Counted from the first letter of the whole stretch, positions 9,015-18,548 are shown. The stretch is 63,886 nt of DNA, filler included, from an uncultured Myxococcia bacterium (GCA_964617105.1; 4 parts of 4 records of this genome joined end to end with filler, not necessarily neighbours in it), one strand, 5' to 3'. Notes: generated by a model not told the origin, from the sequence alone. A program made the numbers and translations.

Positions 9015-10202
9015 ATGATTAGACGCGAAATTGAGCCAGAATTAATTACAGCGGCAAACGAATATCCCGTAACAACAATTTTTGGCCCCAGGCAAAGTGG
9101 AAAAACCACCCTGGTAAAAATGGTATTCCCCAAACATAAATATGTTTCCCTGGAGATGCCGAGCGACCTGGTTCGGGCAGAAGAGGACCCTCGCGCATTC
9201 CTTGATGAACTTGGTGAACAAGCAGTGCTTGATGAAGTGCAGCGCGCTCCGTTTCTGCTATCCTACATACAGGGAATAGTTGACCAAAGACAGCAGGAGG
9301 GAGCATATATCTTAACTGGTAGCCATCAACCATCGCTGGGTGCAGCAGTCAGCCAATCTCTGGCCGGTAGAACTGCGATTCTCGAACTTTTACCCTTTTC
9401 TCCAAAAGAGATCGCCACATATAAAAGAGGGTATTCCACATGGGAACTTGTCTTGCTGGGTGGTTATCCAAGGCTGTATGAAAAGCAATTGAACCATAGC
9501 CGTTTTTTCAACAGTTATATCCGCACTTATATAGAAAGAGATGTCCGGCAATTGCTGGCCATCAGAAACGCCAGCTCTTTTCAAAAATTACTAATGCTAC
9601 TGGCCGGACGGGTTGGCAATATAATAAATTATTCTTCACTCTGCTCAGACACCGGCATCTCTTCAACAACCGTCAAGGAATGGCTTTCAGTCATGGAATC
9701 ATCCTATGTGCTGTTTCAATTGTCACCTTTTTATGAAAACATCCGTAAGAGAGTGATAAAATCTCCAAAAATCTATTTTTATGATACTGGTCTGGTTTCA
9801 CATTTATTGGGAATTCAAACCAGTAGTCAACTCAAACGGGATCCTCTGCGCGGTGCCATATTTGAAAATGCGGTGATTCTAAACATTATTAAGGGTATCA
9901 AAACACAAGGAGGTTATGAACAAATATTTTTCTTCAGGGACAGTAACGGCAATGAAGTTGACTTGATTATCAAATCTGGCCGACAATTTTTACCAATAGA
10001 GATAAAATCGGCATCAACTTTTAATACAGAATTTTTAAAAGGGATTAAAACATTCAGAAAATTACTTGGAGAAAAATGTGGACCAGCATTTCTCTTATAT
10101 AATGGAGAGGAGAGATTCAACATCAATGAAATACAAGTATTTAATCCCTTTTTACACAATTTTGATATAATATTTAGGCAAGTAAAATCTGTACGCGTTT
10201 AG
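9015..10202 (+). CDS. AAA+ ATPase (AAA_14) with C-terminal DUF4143 domain
   Basis: Walker A GPRQSGKTT, Walker B VLDEVQ, KSPKIYFYDTG, EVDLI..PIEIKS; start chosen at ATG 9015 after GGGGA. Confidence 0.85.
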   Translation: MIRREIEPELITAANEYPVTTIFGPRQSGKTTLVKMVFPKHKYVSLEMPSDLVRAEEDPRAFLDELGEQAVLDEVQRAPFLLSYIQGIVDQRQQEGAYILTGSHQPSLGAAVSQSLAGRTAILELLPFSPKEIATYKRGYSTWELVLLGGYPRLYEKQLNHSRFFNSYIRTYIERDVRQLLAIRNASSFQKLLMLLAGRVGNIINYSSLCSDTGISSTTVKEWLSVMESSYVLFQLSPFYENIRKRVIKSPKIYFYDTGLVSHLLGIQTSSQLKRDPLRGAIFENAVILNIIKGIKTQGGYEQIFFFRDSNGNEVDLIIKSGRQFLPIEIKSASTFNTEFLKGIKTFRKLLGEKCGPAFLLYNGEERFNINEIQVFNPFLHNFDIIFRQVKSVRV

Positions 10203-10254
10203 ATGATGACTATAGGGGTCTAATCTTGCAATGCAATTTTAAGAAAGTAGCACA

Positions 10255-10522
10255 TTGAACACTTATCTCGACTGTATACCATGTTTTCTCCGGCAAAGTC
10301 TCGAGGCTGCTCGCAATTATACCGATGACGCCGATGTTCATGAACAGATCCTGCGGGAGGTGCTGCGCATAGCAGCCAAATTGGATCTGAACCGGCCACC
10401 TCCATGGATGGCGCAGATAATTCACCGAAAATTGCGAGAAATAACCGGTGAAGATGACCCTTATCGCACTGCTAAAAGCCGGTTCAATCAATTAGCAATA
10501 GAGGTGTTGCCCGAACTTTCCT
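10255..10522 (+). pseudogene. N-terminal fragment of an ARMT1/DUF89 damage-control phosphatase
   Basis: MNTYLDCIPCFLRQ..PPP..DDPYRTAK is the typical DUF89 N-terminus; similarity stops after about 88 aa. Confidence 0.75.
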
Positions 10523-10837
10523 GGTTTTTTAGGTATCGGAACCGGTGCGCTTTTAGTGCCGATTTTTATCTTTTTTCTTAATGTTCCGGTAAAAATTGCC
10601 ATGGGCTCATCTTTAGCCTGTTTTACCATCAATGCTTTTTTTAGTTCCGCTCTTAAAGTCAGCCAGGGATTTGTTGAACTAAAATATGCGATTCCTCTGT
10701 GTTTGGGAACCCTGGTGGGTTCAAATATCGGCGCCATCTTAAATGGTAAATTTTCGCCAATAGTATTAAAAATTTTATTTGGAATAATTTTCCTGATTAT
10801 AGCAGCAAAGTTCATTATTACATTTTCTATGGCATAG
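10523..10837 (+). pseudogene. C-terminal half of a TauE/SafE (TSUP) family exporter
   Basis: Frame from 10523 reads GFLGIGTGALLVP..KIAMGSSL..GSNIGA, the second TSUP repeat; the first half is missing. Confidence 0.7.
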
Positions 10838-10841
10838 ACTT

Positions 10842-11581
10842 ATGAATCAACCCCAAAAACACATATTGAAACAGGCCAAACTTGAGTTTGGAAAAATAGT
10901 AAAAAGAAACCATCTGCTTGATACTCAAGTATCAGTTTCTGCCTCTATTCTAACCCCTACCGAAGCCATTGGCACTCCCTTAAGACAAGATTTCCCCATA
11001 ATCGAAGGAAAAGAGAGGGTTATTGAAGCCAGTTTTTTGGGTGCAAAAGGGCAGGCTTTTACCGATTCTCCGGAGAATTACCAAGGTTCTCTGAATGAAA
11101 TACTAAACCTGAAGTTAAACTCAAATCAAAACCGGGCCATACTGATTGCCACTATCAATGCCGTGCTTAAACATTTGGGCCTGGTTGAACAAACTCTCCA
11201 TTGCAAGAACGAAGACCCTGAAAAATGTGGGCCGGAGATATCAAAGCAGATTCTGGAGAAATGGGGCCGNNNNNNNNNNNNNNNNNNNNNNNNNNNNNNN
11301 NNNNNNNNNNNNNNNNNNNNGCCCTGGTTAAAACTTTTGGAAAAAATCATGTTTTAATTTCCGATTTAAATAAACTCAACATTGATAAATTAAAATTTGG
11401 AATAAAAATCCTGGATGGCAACACCATGAACAGTTTTCTAGTTGAAAACTCTGAGTTAACCATTATTACCGGAACCACCCTGGTAAACGGCACTTTTGAT
11501 GGTATCTGGAAATCCATTGACAACTACCAAAAAAAGTATATGATTTTTGGTGTAAGTGCTGTGGAGGCTGAAAAACTGTAA
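10842..11581 (+). CDS. DUF364-like Rossmann-fold putative heavy-metal chelation protein (interrupted by N gap)
   Basis: EAIGTP.RQDFPI..GKE, GQAFTD, ATINA, HCKNEDPEKC, IITGTTLVNGT; the frame change coincides with the N gap 11270-11320. Confidence 0.7.
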
Positions 11582-11598
11582 TTGATTGATATAAAAAT

Positions 11599-11632
11599 AG
11601 GTGACCGATTTCAACTGGCAAATTGGTCACCT
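11599..11632. promoter_or_regulatory. Inverted repeat (terminator or operator) upstream of the MNT gene
   Basis: AGGTGACCGATTT-N8-AAATTGGTCACCT, 13-bp arms with one G:T pair. Confidence 0.5.
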
Positions 11633-11651
11633 GATGTTAACATAGCAATTT

Positions 11652-11966
11652 ATGATTGATATAAACAAAATAAAACAAGTTGCAACCCGGATTGGAATTG
11701 AGACTAATGCCGAGCAAGTTATTTTGTTTGGATCTCATGCTCGTGGTGAAGCCCATGAAACTAGTGATGTAGACCTATTAATTATTGCTGAAAGTAATTT
11801 GCCTCGATTCAAACGCAGTCGTAATTTATACAAACTGTTTCGGCCATATCCCTTTAGTATGGATCTGTTAGTTTATACACCACTCGAAGTTGAAAAAGGT
11901 AGAAATTCTGAACTCTCTTTTGTATATACAGTATTAAAAGAAGGTAAAATCCTGTATGTCCGATAA
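11652..11966 (+). CDS. Minimal nucleotidyltransferase (MNT), antitoxin-like
   Basis: ILFGSHARG..SDVDLLI motif and MDLLVYTP; 104 aa. Confidence 0.9.
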   Translation: MIDINKIKQVATRIGIETNAEQVILFGSHARGEAHETSDVDLLIIAESNLPRFKRSRNLYKLFRPYPFSMDLLVYTPLEVEKGRNSELSFVYTVLKEGKILYVR

Positions 11967-12381
11967 TCTAGAAATATCTAAACAATGGCTGCAAAAAGCG
12001 ATGAATGATCTGCTTAATGCAGATAATAATCTCAAATCGGAAATAGTCCCCTTTGACACGGTATGTTTTCATTGTCAACAGGCCGCTGAAAAATTATTAA
12101 AAGCCTACCTGGTAGGAAAAGGACAAAAATACCCTTTTACTCACGATCTTTTTTTGCTTTTAGAGAAAATAGAGCCATTAAACAGTGACGTAAAAAAATT
12201 ACGCGATTCATGCTCAATTCTTATGCCATACGCAGTTGAGATTTGTTATCCTGATGACTGGTTTCTTCCCGCTGAAGAAGACGCAAAAGAGGCAAGAGAA
12301 GCTACAAACCAGGTATTGAATTGGTTCAAGAATGCTCTTCCAGATATCTTTTTTGAGTTAAAAACCAAATGGAAAATATAG
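11956..12381 (+). CDS. HEPN domain protein, partner of MNT
   Basis: WLQKA..DL, CFHCQQAAEKLLKA and THDL motifs; overlaps the MNT gene. Confidence 0.9.
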   Translation: MSDNLEISKQWLQKAMNDLLNADNNLKSEIVPFDTVCFHCQQAAEKLLKAYLVGKGQKYPFTHDLFLLLEKIEPLNSDVKKLRDSCSILMPYAVEICYPDDWFLPAEEDAKEAREATNQVLNWFKNALPDIFFELKTKWKI

Positions 12382-12434
12382 ATCACTGTCAATTGGAGAT
12401 AGAAAATGCTTATAAAATGGAAGAGACTGAAAAG

Positions 12435-12881
12435 ATGAAATCCCGCCCATCCAAAAAATCGCCGCCATTTTTTATCCGGATGGGTATCGTTTTATTATCA
12501 CTGATTTTTATGCAATGGTCTTTGGGGCCCATTCATTTTGTCCTTGAAGAACACCACTTTTGCCAGGTCCATAAAGAGTTTGAGCATTCCACCTATCATA
12601 AACATCATATCCAACCCGCTGAGTTAAAAAAACATTTTTCCAAATTTGAATACCCGGAATCTGCTGCATTTTCAAAGGTGGCGATTGATACTGAACTTCA
12701 ACATCATCAATGCCAATTTCTGGCTCAACAAAACCAGCAATCTGCACCCCTAAATTATGGGTCTGTTTTTTCTCTGCTGGAGAAGAACCCGATCTGGATT
12801 AACCTTGCTCAATACTTCAAAATCTCTTCCATTGCCATCCTGGCATTGGCGCCCAAATTATCCCCACCAAAGATAGGTTAG
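12435..12881 (+). CDS. His/Cys-containing leader-type membrane protein (DUF2946-like) ending LAPKLSPP
   Basis: N-terminal hydrophobic segment, HHFCQVH, HKHH, HHQC and a Pro-rich C-terminus; start uncertain (12369, 12435 or 12480). Confidence 0.55.
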   Translation: MKSRPSKKSPPFFIRMGIVLLSLIFMQWSLGPIHFVLEEHHFCQVHKEFEHSTYHKHHIQPAELKKHFSKFEYPESAAFSKVAIDTELQHHQCQFLAQQNQQSAPLNYGSVFSLLEKNPIWINLAQYFKISSIAILALAPKLSPPKIG

Positions 12882-13069
12882 AACACCAATTCGAACATCT
12901 CCTGGGATGGGAATTGCTAATTAGTTGCCTCCCGAACACTAACTTGGTAGCGAAAATGATTGCGGTTTCTTGTTGTGACTCGCGCTTCATTACCATTCAT
13001 GGAGATTAAACTAATAATTGGCTAATTTGCAAAAAATCTTTGCGATATCAACTATATGGAGTGCATTAA

Positions 13070-14440
13070 ATGACCAAAAAACTTGTTGTTTTAACAATAT
13101 TTTTAATCTATTTTATCAATTTTAATCTTTTGGCCCACTCACAAGATAAAGAAACAGAAGAACTGGAAAAACTTCGTCAAGAGGCGTTGACCCAGAGCGC
13201 TCTGGCGGAAGCCATTGCAACGGACGAAAATCAGTCGGAATCACTGGTAAGTTTTATCAGCGGCCAGCGTTCATTACAGGCCATAAATCCGGAAATCAGC
13301 ATTGTGGGTGATGGATTTGCCAAATTTCATTTGCAGAGAGATGACTGGGATTACCGTTCTCCAGTCGACCGAAACGGCGCTTTTTTACGGGTTTTGGGAT
13401 TTCATTTTCAAGCAAATCTCGATCCCTACTCCTGGACCAAGATATGTGTCGGAGTAACCCCAACCGGGGTGGCACTGGGAGAAGCATATATGACCTGGAA
13501 CAGTATATTGCCCAGGCTCTCTTTGACTATTGGAAAATTCAGACAGCAATTCGGGATTGTAAATCGCTGGCATGTGCCAGGACTGGATCAGTTTGATTTT
13601 CCCCTGGCCATGACTACAATTTTAGGGGGGAGCGGACTAACTCAAACCGGCTTCTCCTTTGAATGGCTGATGCCTGAATTATGGGCCCATGCCAATGTTT
13701 TAACCCTGCAGGTGACCAATGGTGAAAACCCGCACCTGTTTGCTGGTAATTATTTTACCATTCCCAGTGTCTTGGCCCATTTAAAAAATTATTATGACCT
13801 CAATGAGAGTACCTATCTGGAATTAGGATTAACCGGAATGGTTGGTTTCAATAACCATAAAGGCAAATCAACCGATGAAACCCTTCAGCCTACAACTACG
13901 CACCAGCACCTGGTGGCAGAAGACTCAGAGCATCATGATGAGGGTAATGATCATAACACCAATCTTGCTGGCAGCAAAACTGCTGAGCATCATGAAATCA
14001 TTGACCAGGATAGGCGGAAAACTCTGTTGGGGGGAATCGACCTGACCTTAAATTGGGAGCCTCTAAAACAGGCAAAATACCATTCTTTGACTTTCAGAAA
14101 TGAACTCTATTATGCCTATAAAGAGCAGGAACCGACCGCTGTAAATCATCATGGCGATCCTGTAAAAGCCTATGGATTCTATTCATATCTCCATTACCGG
14201 ATTAATGAAAATTGGGAAATGGGAGTTCGTTACGATTTTACCCAACCCTTTGCCTTAAATAACAGTGAAAAGTACCTTTGGCAGGTTATGCCCTATTTGA
14301 ACTGGTGGCAAAGTCACTGGGTTCGGTTAAGGCTCCACTATATGCATAAAGATGGACACAAAATTGGACAGAGACCGGATGATCTGGTGTTGCTGCAGAT
14401 AACTTGGGCAGTTGGACCGCATAAGCATGAGCGGTATTAA
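13070..14440 (+). CDS. Outer-membrane beta-barrel, metal-uptake porin or receptor-like
   Basis: Signal peptide, NPEISIVGD, GKFRQQFG..NRWH, alternating beta-strands, His-rich loop, C-terminal GPHKHERY; upstream of a metal SBP. Confidence 0.7.
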   Translation: MTKKLVVLTIFLIYFINFNLLAHSQDKETEELEKLRQEALTQSALAEAIATDENQSESLVSFISGQRSLQAINPEISIVGDGFAKFHLQRDDWDYRSPVDRNGAFLRVLGFHFQANLDPYSWTKICVGVTPTGVALGEAYMTWNSILPRLSLTIGKFRQQFGIVNRWHVPGLDQFDFPLAMTTILGGSGLTQTGFSFEWLMPELWAHANVLTLQVTNGENPHLFAGNYFTIPSVLAHLKNYYDLNESTYLELGLTGMVGFNNHKGKSTDETLQPTTTHQHLVAEDSEHHDEGNDHNTNLAGSKTAEHHEIIDQDRRKTLLGGIDLTLNWEPLKQAKYHSLTFRNELYYAYKEQEPTAVNHHGDPVKAYGFYSYLHYRINENWEMGVRYDFTQPFALNNSEKYLWQVMPYLNWWQSHWVRLRLHYMHKDGHKIGQRPDDLVLLQITWAVGPHKHERY

Positions 14441-14471
14441 TAAAAGATAAAGAAAAAGAAAAGGAGATATA

Positions 14472-15524
14472 ATGAAAATTTTAAAAGCCCTTGCCAATAT
14501 GCTGGCAATACTAACTTTAGTCTTAATTTTTGGCGCCTCTTTGGGATATGCCAAACCCAAATATCCGTTAAAAGTGGTAACCACCCTGTCCGGTTATGCT
14601 TCCATAGCCAAAATGGTGGGGGGAGATAAGGTTAAAGTAGATTATTTTGTCCAGGGATACCAGGACCCCCATTTTGTCAGGCCCAAACCCAGTCTGGCCA
14701 ATAAACTGCCGGATGCGGATCTCTTTGTCAGCACCGGGCTCGATTTGGAATTATGGGCGCCCACTTTGGTTGATCTTTCCGGCAACAAAAATATACGAAG
14801 CGGCCAGGAAGGATATGTTTCTGCCTCTTACGGGATAAAGATGAGGGAAAAACCTCAGGTGTTCAATCGCAGTGAAGGTGGCGTTCATATTTATGGCAAT
14901 CCCCATATTCAAAACAATCCTATTAATGGCAAAGTAATTGCCGGCAATATTGTTGGGGGTTTAAAGAAAATAGATCCGGAAAATTCCCAATATTATCAGC
15001 AAAAATTAAACGATTTTGAAGATGAGATAGACCGGCGTCTTTTTGGCGAAAAACTGGTTAAACTGTTGGGAGGAAAGACTCTCACCAAACTGGCTTTATC
15101 GGGCAGATTGATTAAATTTTTAAAGACCAAAAACTATCAGGGCAAACCCCTGATTGACAGGTTGGGAGGTTGGCTGAAACAGGCTATGGTCTTTAGAGAT
15201 AAAAAGATTATTGGCTACCACAAAAACTGGACCTATTTTAATCAATTATTTGGATTGAAAATGGTGGATTACGTGGAGCCCAAACCAGGAATACCGCCTT
15301 CACCCAAACATGTTGAAACCGTTATAAACAAAATGCAGAAAAATAGCATCAAAGTAATATTGGCTGCCAATTATTTTGATGAAAATCAGGTAAGAACCAT
15401 AGCCAGGAGAGTGGGGGCTAAAGTAGCTTTTGTAGGAATGGATGTCAATGGAGTCAAAGAGGCCTCTGACTTTTTTAAATTGTTCGACCATATTATTGGC
15501 GAACTGGTTATCGCCTGTAAATAA
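14472..15524 (+). CDS. Metal ABC transporter substrate-binding protein (ZnuA/cluster A-I)
   Basis: KVVTT, QDPHFVRPKPS, VHIYGNPH, YHKNW and EPKPGIPPSPKH motifs. Confidence 0.9.
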   Translation: MKILKALANMLAILTLVLIFGASLGYAKPKYPLKVVTTLSGYASIAKMVGGDKVKVDYFVQGYQDPHFVRPKPSLANKLPDADLFVSTGLDLELWAPTLVDLSGNKNIRSGQEGYVSASYGIKMREKPQVFNRSEGGVHIYGNPHIQNNPINGKVIAGNIVGGLKKIDPENSQYYQQKLNDFEDEIDRRLFGEKLVKLLGGKTLTKLALSGRLIKFLKTKNYQGKPLIDRLGGWLKQAMVFRDKKIIGYHKNWTYFNQLFGLKMVDYVEPKPGIPPSPKHVETVINKMQKNSIKVILAANYFDENQVRTIARRVGAKVAFVGMDVNGVKEASDFFKLFDHIIGELVIACK

Positions 15525-15533
15525 AGCAAAAAA

Positions 15534-16946
15534 ATGGAAAATATCACCATCAACGATTTAATGTTAACCGCTTTTTTTGAGTGCCTGGTGCTGGTGGGCA
15601 TTCACTCTTATCTCGGTTTACATGTAATCAGGCGCAAAGTAATATTTGTAGATCTTGCCCTGGCCCAGATGGCGGTGTTAGGCGCCACTGTTGGGATAAT
15701 AATTTTTAATTTCCATCCCACTTCCTGGGCAACCTATATTTTTTCGCTCATTTTCACTATTGTGGGGGCGATTTTATTTTCTCTGACCAGGTTGAGAGAT
15801 GAAAGAGTTCCCCAGGAAGCAATAATTGGTCTGTTTTATGCCATAGCCGCTGCTGTGGCTATTTTGCTGATTACCCAAAATGACGCTAAAGCCTTAAAAA
15901 AAATAATGACCGGAAATCTGCTCTTTTTGGATTGGCCGGTAATAATCAAAGCTGCGGTTATCTATTCTATCATCGGAATTTTTCACTATATTTTTCGCCG
16001 CAAGTTTATACTTATTTCCGAAAATCCTCAAAAAGCCTGGCAAAAAGGGATAAATGTCCGTTTATGGGATTTTCTCTTTTACCTCTCCTTTGGGGTGGTG
16101 ATCTCAATCTCGGTTGATACTGCCGGAGTTTTACTGGTGTTTGTCTTTCTGGTGGCTCCAGCCATTATCGCCATGCTTATTACTAATATTCTTTTCTACC
16201 AACTGATAATCGGCTGGACTCTGGGGACCCTGGTCAGTTTTTCCGGACTTTTAGTTTCATTTTTCGGCAATCTGCCCAGTGGGCCGGTGGTGGTCTGCAT
16301 CTATGGCCTGGTCATGGTGTTGCTGCTTATGATTATTCATGTGGCCAGAGCAAAACACCCTTTAAAGGCATTATTAAAAGTAGCCTCTTATACATTTTTA
16401 TCAGCCGCCATATTTTTCGGCTTTATTTACGGCGCAGGCGCTATTTTTCCCCATCATCGTCATGTCGGCCACCAGCATGCCAAACCTGATCACCATAGTC
16501 CTGACCATCACGATCACAGTAAGACACATGGTGCAGATCAGCACCATAACCACCGTGGTCATAGCGAAGGTGATAAAAAATCTGTAGAAGATATATTTCA
16601 GCAATTGGAAAATATGCCCTATGACCAGCAGGTAAGCACCATCAACAAGATATCCAAGAGTCAAGTTAACCAACTCATCCCACTCTTAAATAAGAGTGAG
16701 GATGATGAATTGAAAATTTTAGTGATTAAAAGAGTGCTGGAATTTGACCAATATCTGGGGATAAAATTTATTATCAATTTGCTGGAACAATCCCAATTTC
16801 CCTTTGTGCGCAGTGAACTCCTTCAAATACTGACCGGTACCAGCAATCAGAATTTTGGTTATGATCCGGAAAAAAATAGTAAATCCAATGAAATCCCCCT
16901 TGACAAGATAAAAAACTGGGCCCAGACCATAAAAGGGAGGGATTAA
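15534..16946 (+). CDS. Metal ABC-3 family permease with His-rich linker and C-terminal helical domain
   Basis: YLGLHVIRRKVIFVDLALAQ, PQEAIIG, WDFLFY, AGVLLVF; 15 His in 37 aa at 16452-16562. Confidence 0.85.
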   Translation: MENITINDLMLTAFFECLVLVGIHSYLGLHVIRRKVIFVDLALAQMAVLGATVGIIIFNFHPTSWATYIFSLIFTIVGAILFSLTRLRDERVPQEAIIGLFYAIAAAVAILLITQNDAKALKKIMTGNLLFLDWPVIIKAAVIYSIIGIFHYIFRRKFILISENPQKAWQKGINVRLWDFLFYLSFGVVISISVDTAGVLLVFVFLVAPAIIAMLITNILFYQLIIGWTLGTLVSFSGLLVSFFGNLPSGPVVVCIYGLVMVLLLMIIHVARAKHPLKALLKVASYTFLSAAIFFGFIYGAGAIFPHHRHVGHQHAKPDHHSPDHHDHSKTHGADQHHNHRGHSEGDKKSVEDIFQQLENMPYDQQVSTINKISKSQVNQLIPLLNKSEDDELKILVIKRVLEFDQYLGIKFIINLLEQSQFPFVRSELLQILTGTSNQNFGYDPEKNSKSNEIPLDKIKNWAQTIKGRD

Positions 16947-16949
16947 GGA

Positions 16950-17900
16950 GTGCCTTTGTCCGATTTTATAGTTTCCATATTTTTTAAACCCTTTTTAGCC
17001 GGTTTATTATTTACCTCTATATTTACCTATTTTGGCCTGCTGATTTTAAGGCGCAATGTCATCTTTGTAGATCTGGCCATGGGCCAGGTTGCCGCTCTGG
17101 GCTCTACCGTAGCCTTTATTATGGGGTTTCATCCAGACACCATGGTGGCTTATCTTCTGTCTCTAATGTTTACAATAATGGCAGCCATAATCTTCTCTTT
17201 TATTAGAGTTAAAAATAGAAATATTCCTCAAGAGGCTTTTGTAGGTTTGATTTATGCCATGGCCGTGGCAGCGGTTATTTTGTTGGCATCTCAAGGCCCG
17301 CATGGGGCTTCCCACATAAAAAGTGTTATGACCGGAGATCTTTTATGGATTAAATGGGACAGCATCATCATAATGTTTGGGGTTTATTGTGCCATTGGCC
17401 TGGTTCATTATATTTTTAAGGACATAATTGTTTTAATATCAGAAAATCCTGATAAAGCCCTTACTCAGGGGATCAATGTTAAATTATGGGATTTTTTCTT
17501 TTACCTCACCTTGGGAATTGTGGTTTCAGTTTCTGTCAAAACCGCTGGCGTTTTGCTGGTTTTCATCTTTTTAATATCTCCGGCAATTATTGCCATGCTG
17601 GTTAGCAGTAGATTATTAATTCAATTGATAATCGGCTGGACAACCGGAATCTTAGTCTGTATGTGCGGGGTAAGTTTCTCCATAATTACTGACCTGCCAT
17701 CAGTATCTTCTATGGTGGTTTTTTATGGATTGGCGCTTTTGTTTTCCGCGATAAGTTTGAAAGTGTGGCGTTCAGAAAACCGTAAAAAAGTGGCATTAAA
17801 CATGCTTTTTTACGCCCTTTTAGTGGTGGTGGTGATTTTACTTATAGTTGCCAGTGGCTATTTAATGCAGAACAGTTTTTTAAGCCAGAGAATGGGTTGA
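16950..17900 (+). CDS. Second metal ABC-3 family permease (paralogue)
   Basis: GTG start after AAGGA; RRNVIFVDLAMGQ, PQEAFVG, WDFFFY, AGVLLVF; lacks the His-rich extension. Confidence 0.85.
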   Translation: MPLSDFIVSIFFKPFLAGLLFTSIFTYFGLLILRRNVIFVDLAMGQVAALGSTVAFIMGFHPDTMVAYLLSLMFTIMAAIIFSFIRVKNRNIPQEAFVGLIYAMAVAAVILLASQGPHGASHIKSVMTGDLLWIKWDSIIIMFGVYCAIGLVHYIFKDIIVLISENPDKALTQGINVKLWDFFFYLTLGIVVSVSVKTAGVLLVFIFLISPAIIAMLVSSRLLIQLIIGWTTGILVCMCGVSFSIITDLPSVSSMVVFYGLALLFSAISLKVWRSENRKKVALNMLFYALLVVVVILLIVASGYLMQNSFLSQRMG

Positions 17901-17920
17901 CACTTCCCATATCCCTCCCC

Positions 17921-17975
17921 AAAAAATAGCGCCCACATCAGGTCAGAATATCTGATGTGGGCGCTATCGATTTTT
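17921..17975. terminator. Probable bidirectional intrinsic terminator
   Basis: Perfect 16-bp stem ATAGCGCCCACATCAG / CTGATGTGGGCGCTAT with an A tract before and a T tract after, between convergent genes. Confidence 0.85.
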
Positions 17976-17997
17976 ATTGTGACTGGTCTATTTTATA

Positions 17998-18448
17998 CTA
18001 TTTTTCGTCCAGCACCAGGGCGTTAGCCACCAGGTTTACTCCCTGGGTAACTTCCAGGCCCAATTTATAGTGGCGGATCACGTCGGTAAGACCGTCAACA
18101 CAGTTGTGGCAGGAGGTAACTACTACGCTGGCGCCAGTGGCTTTTAACTGCTCTGACTTGACCACACCAGACTTTAGCCGGCGGGGGGTATATTCTGACA
18201 TGGACATGGCGCCGCCACCGCCGGTGCAGCAAAAATTTTCTGCCCGGTTGGGATACATCTCCCTATAGTCGGAAATCACATAACTCAACAATTCCCTGGG
18301 CTCTTCATAAAGACCACAGGAACGGGCATTGTTGCATGAGTCATGAAAAGTATAGGAGTTACCATCGTTTTTGGTCTTATCAACTTTGATTTTACCCTCT
18401 TTGATATAGTTGATCATAGTAATGACAGAACTTTCCATCACGAAATCT
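17998..18448 (-). CDS. HdrD/DsrK-family Fe-S protein, C-terminal CCG domain (5' end cut by contig edge)
   Basis: TFHDSCN..R, NFCCTGGGG and TSCHNC motifs. Confidence 0.75.
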
Positions 18449-18548
18449 NNNNNNNNNNNNNNNNNNNNNNNNNNNNNNNNNNNNNNNNNNNNTTAATTAA
18501 TTAANNNNNNNNNNNNNNNNNNNNNNNNNNNNNNNNNNNNNNNNNNNN
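18449..18548. other. Artificial contig spacer
   Basis: 100-bp N run containing TTAATTAATTAA (stops in all six frames). Confidence 0.97.

Noticed and set aside
9015-10202. AAA_14/DUF4143 ATPase as a novel defence system
   Set aside because: A common stand-alone accessory family with no partner gene or other defence signature linked to it here.
13027-13046. TTGCAAAAAATCTTTGCGA as a Zur box before the metal operon
   Set aside because: The half-sites are imperfect and the spacing is longer than the TGCAA-N5-TTGCA motif I recall for deltaproteobacterial Zur; too weak without a PWM scan.
17998-18448. Calling the CCG fragment dsrK or hmcF
   Set aside because: Only the C-terminal 150 aa are present and they do not distinguish among HdrD-family members.
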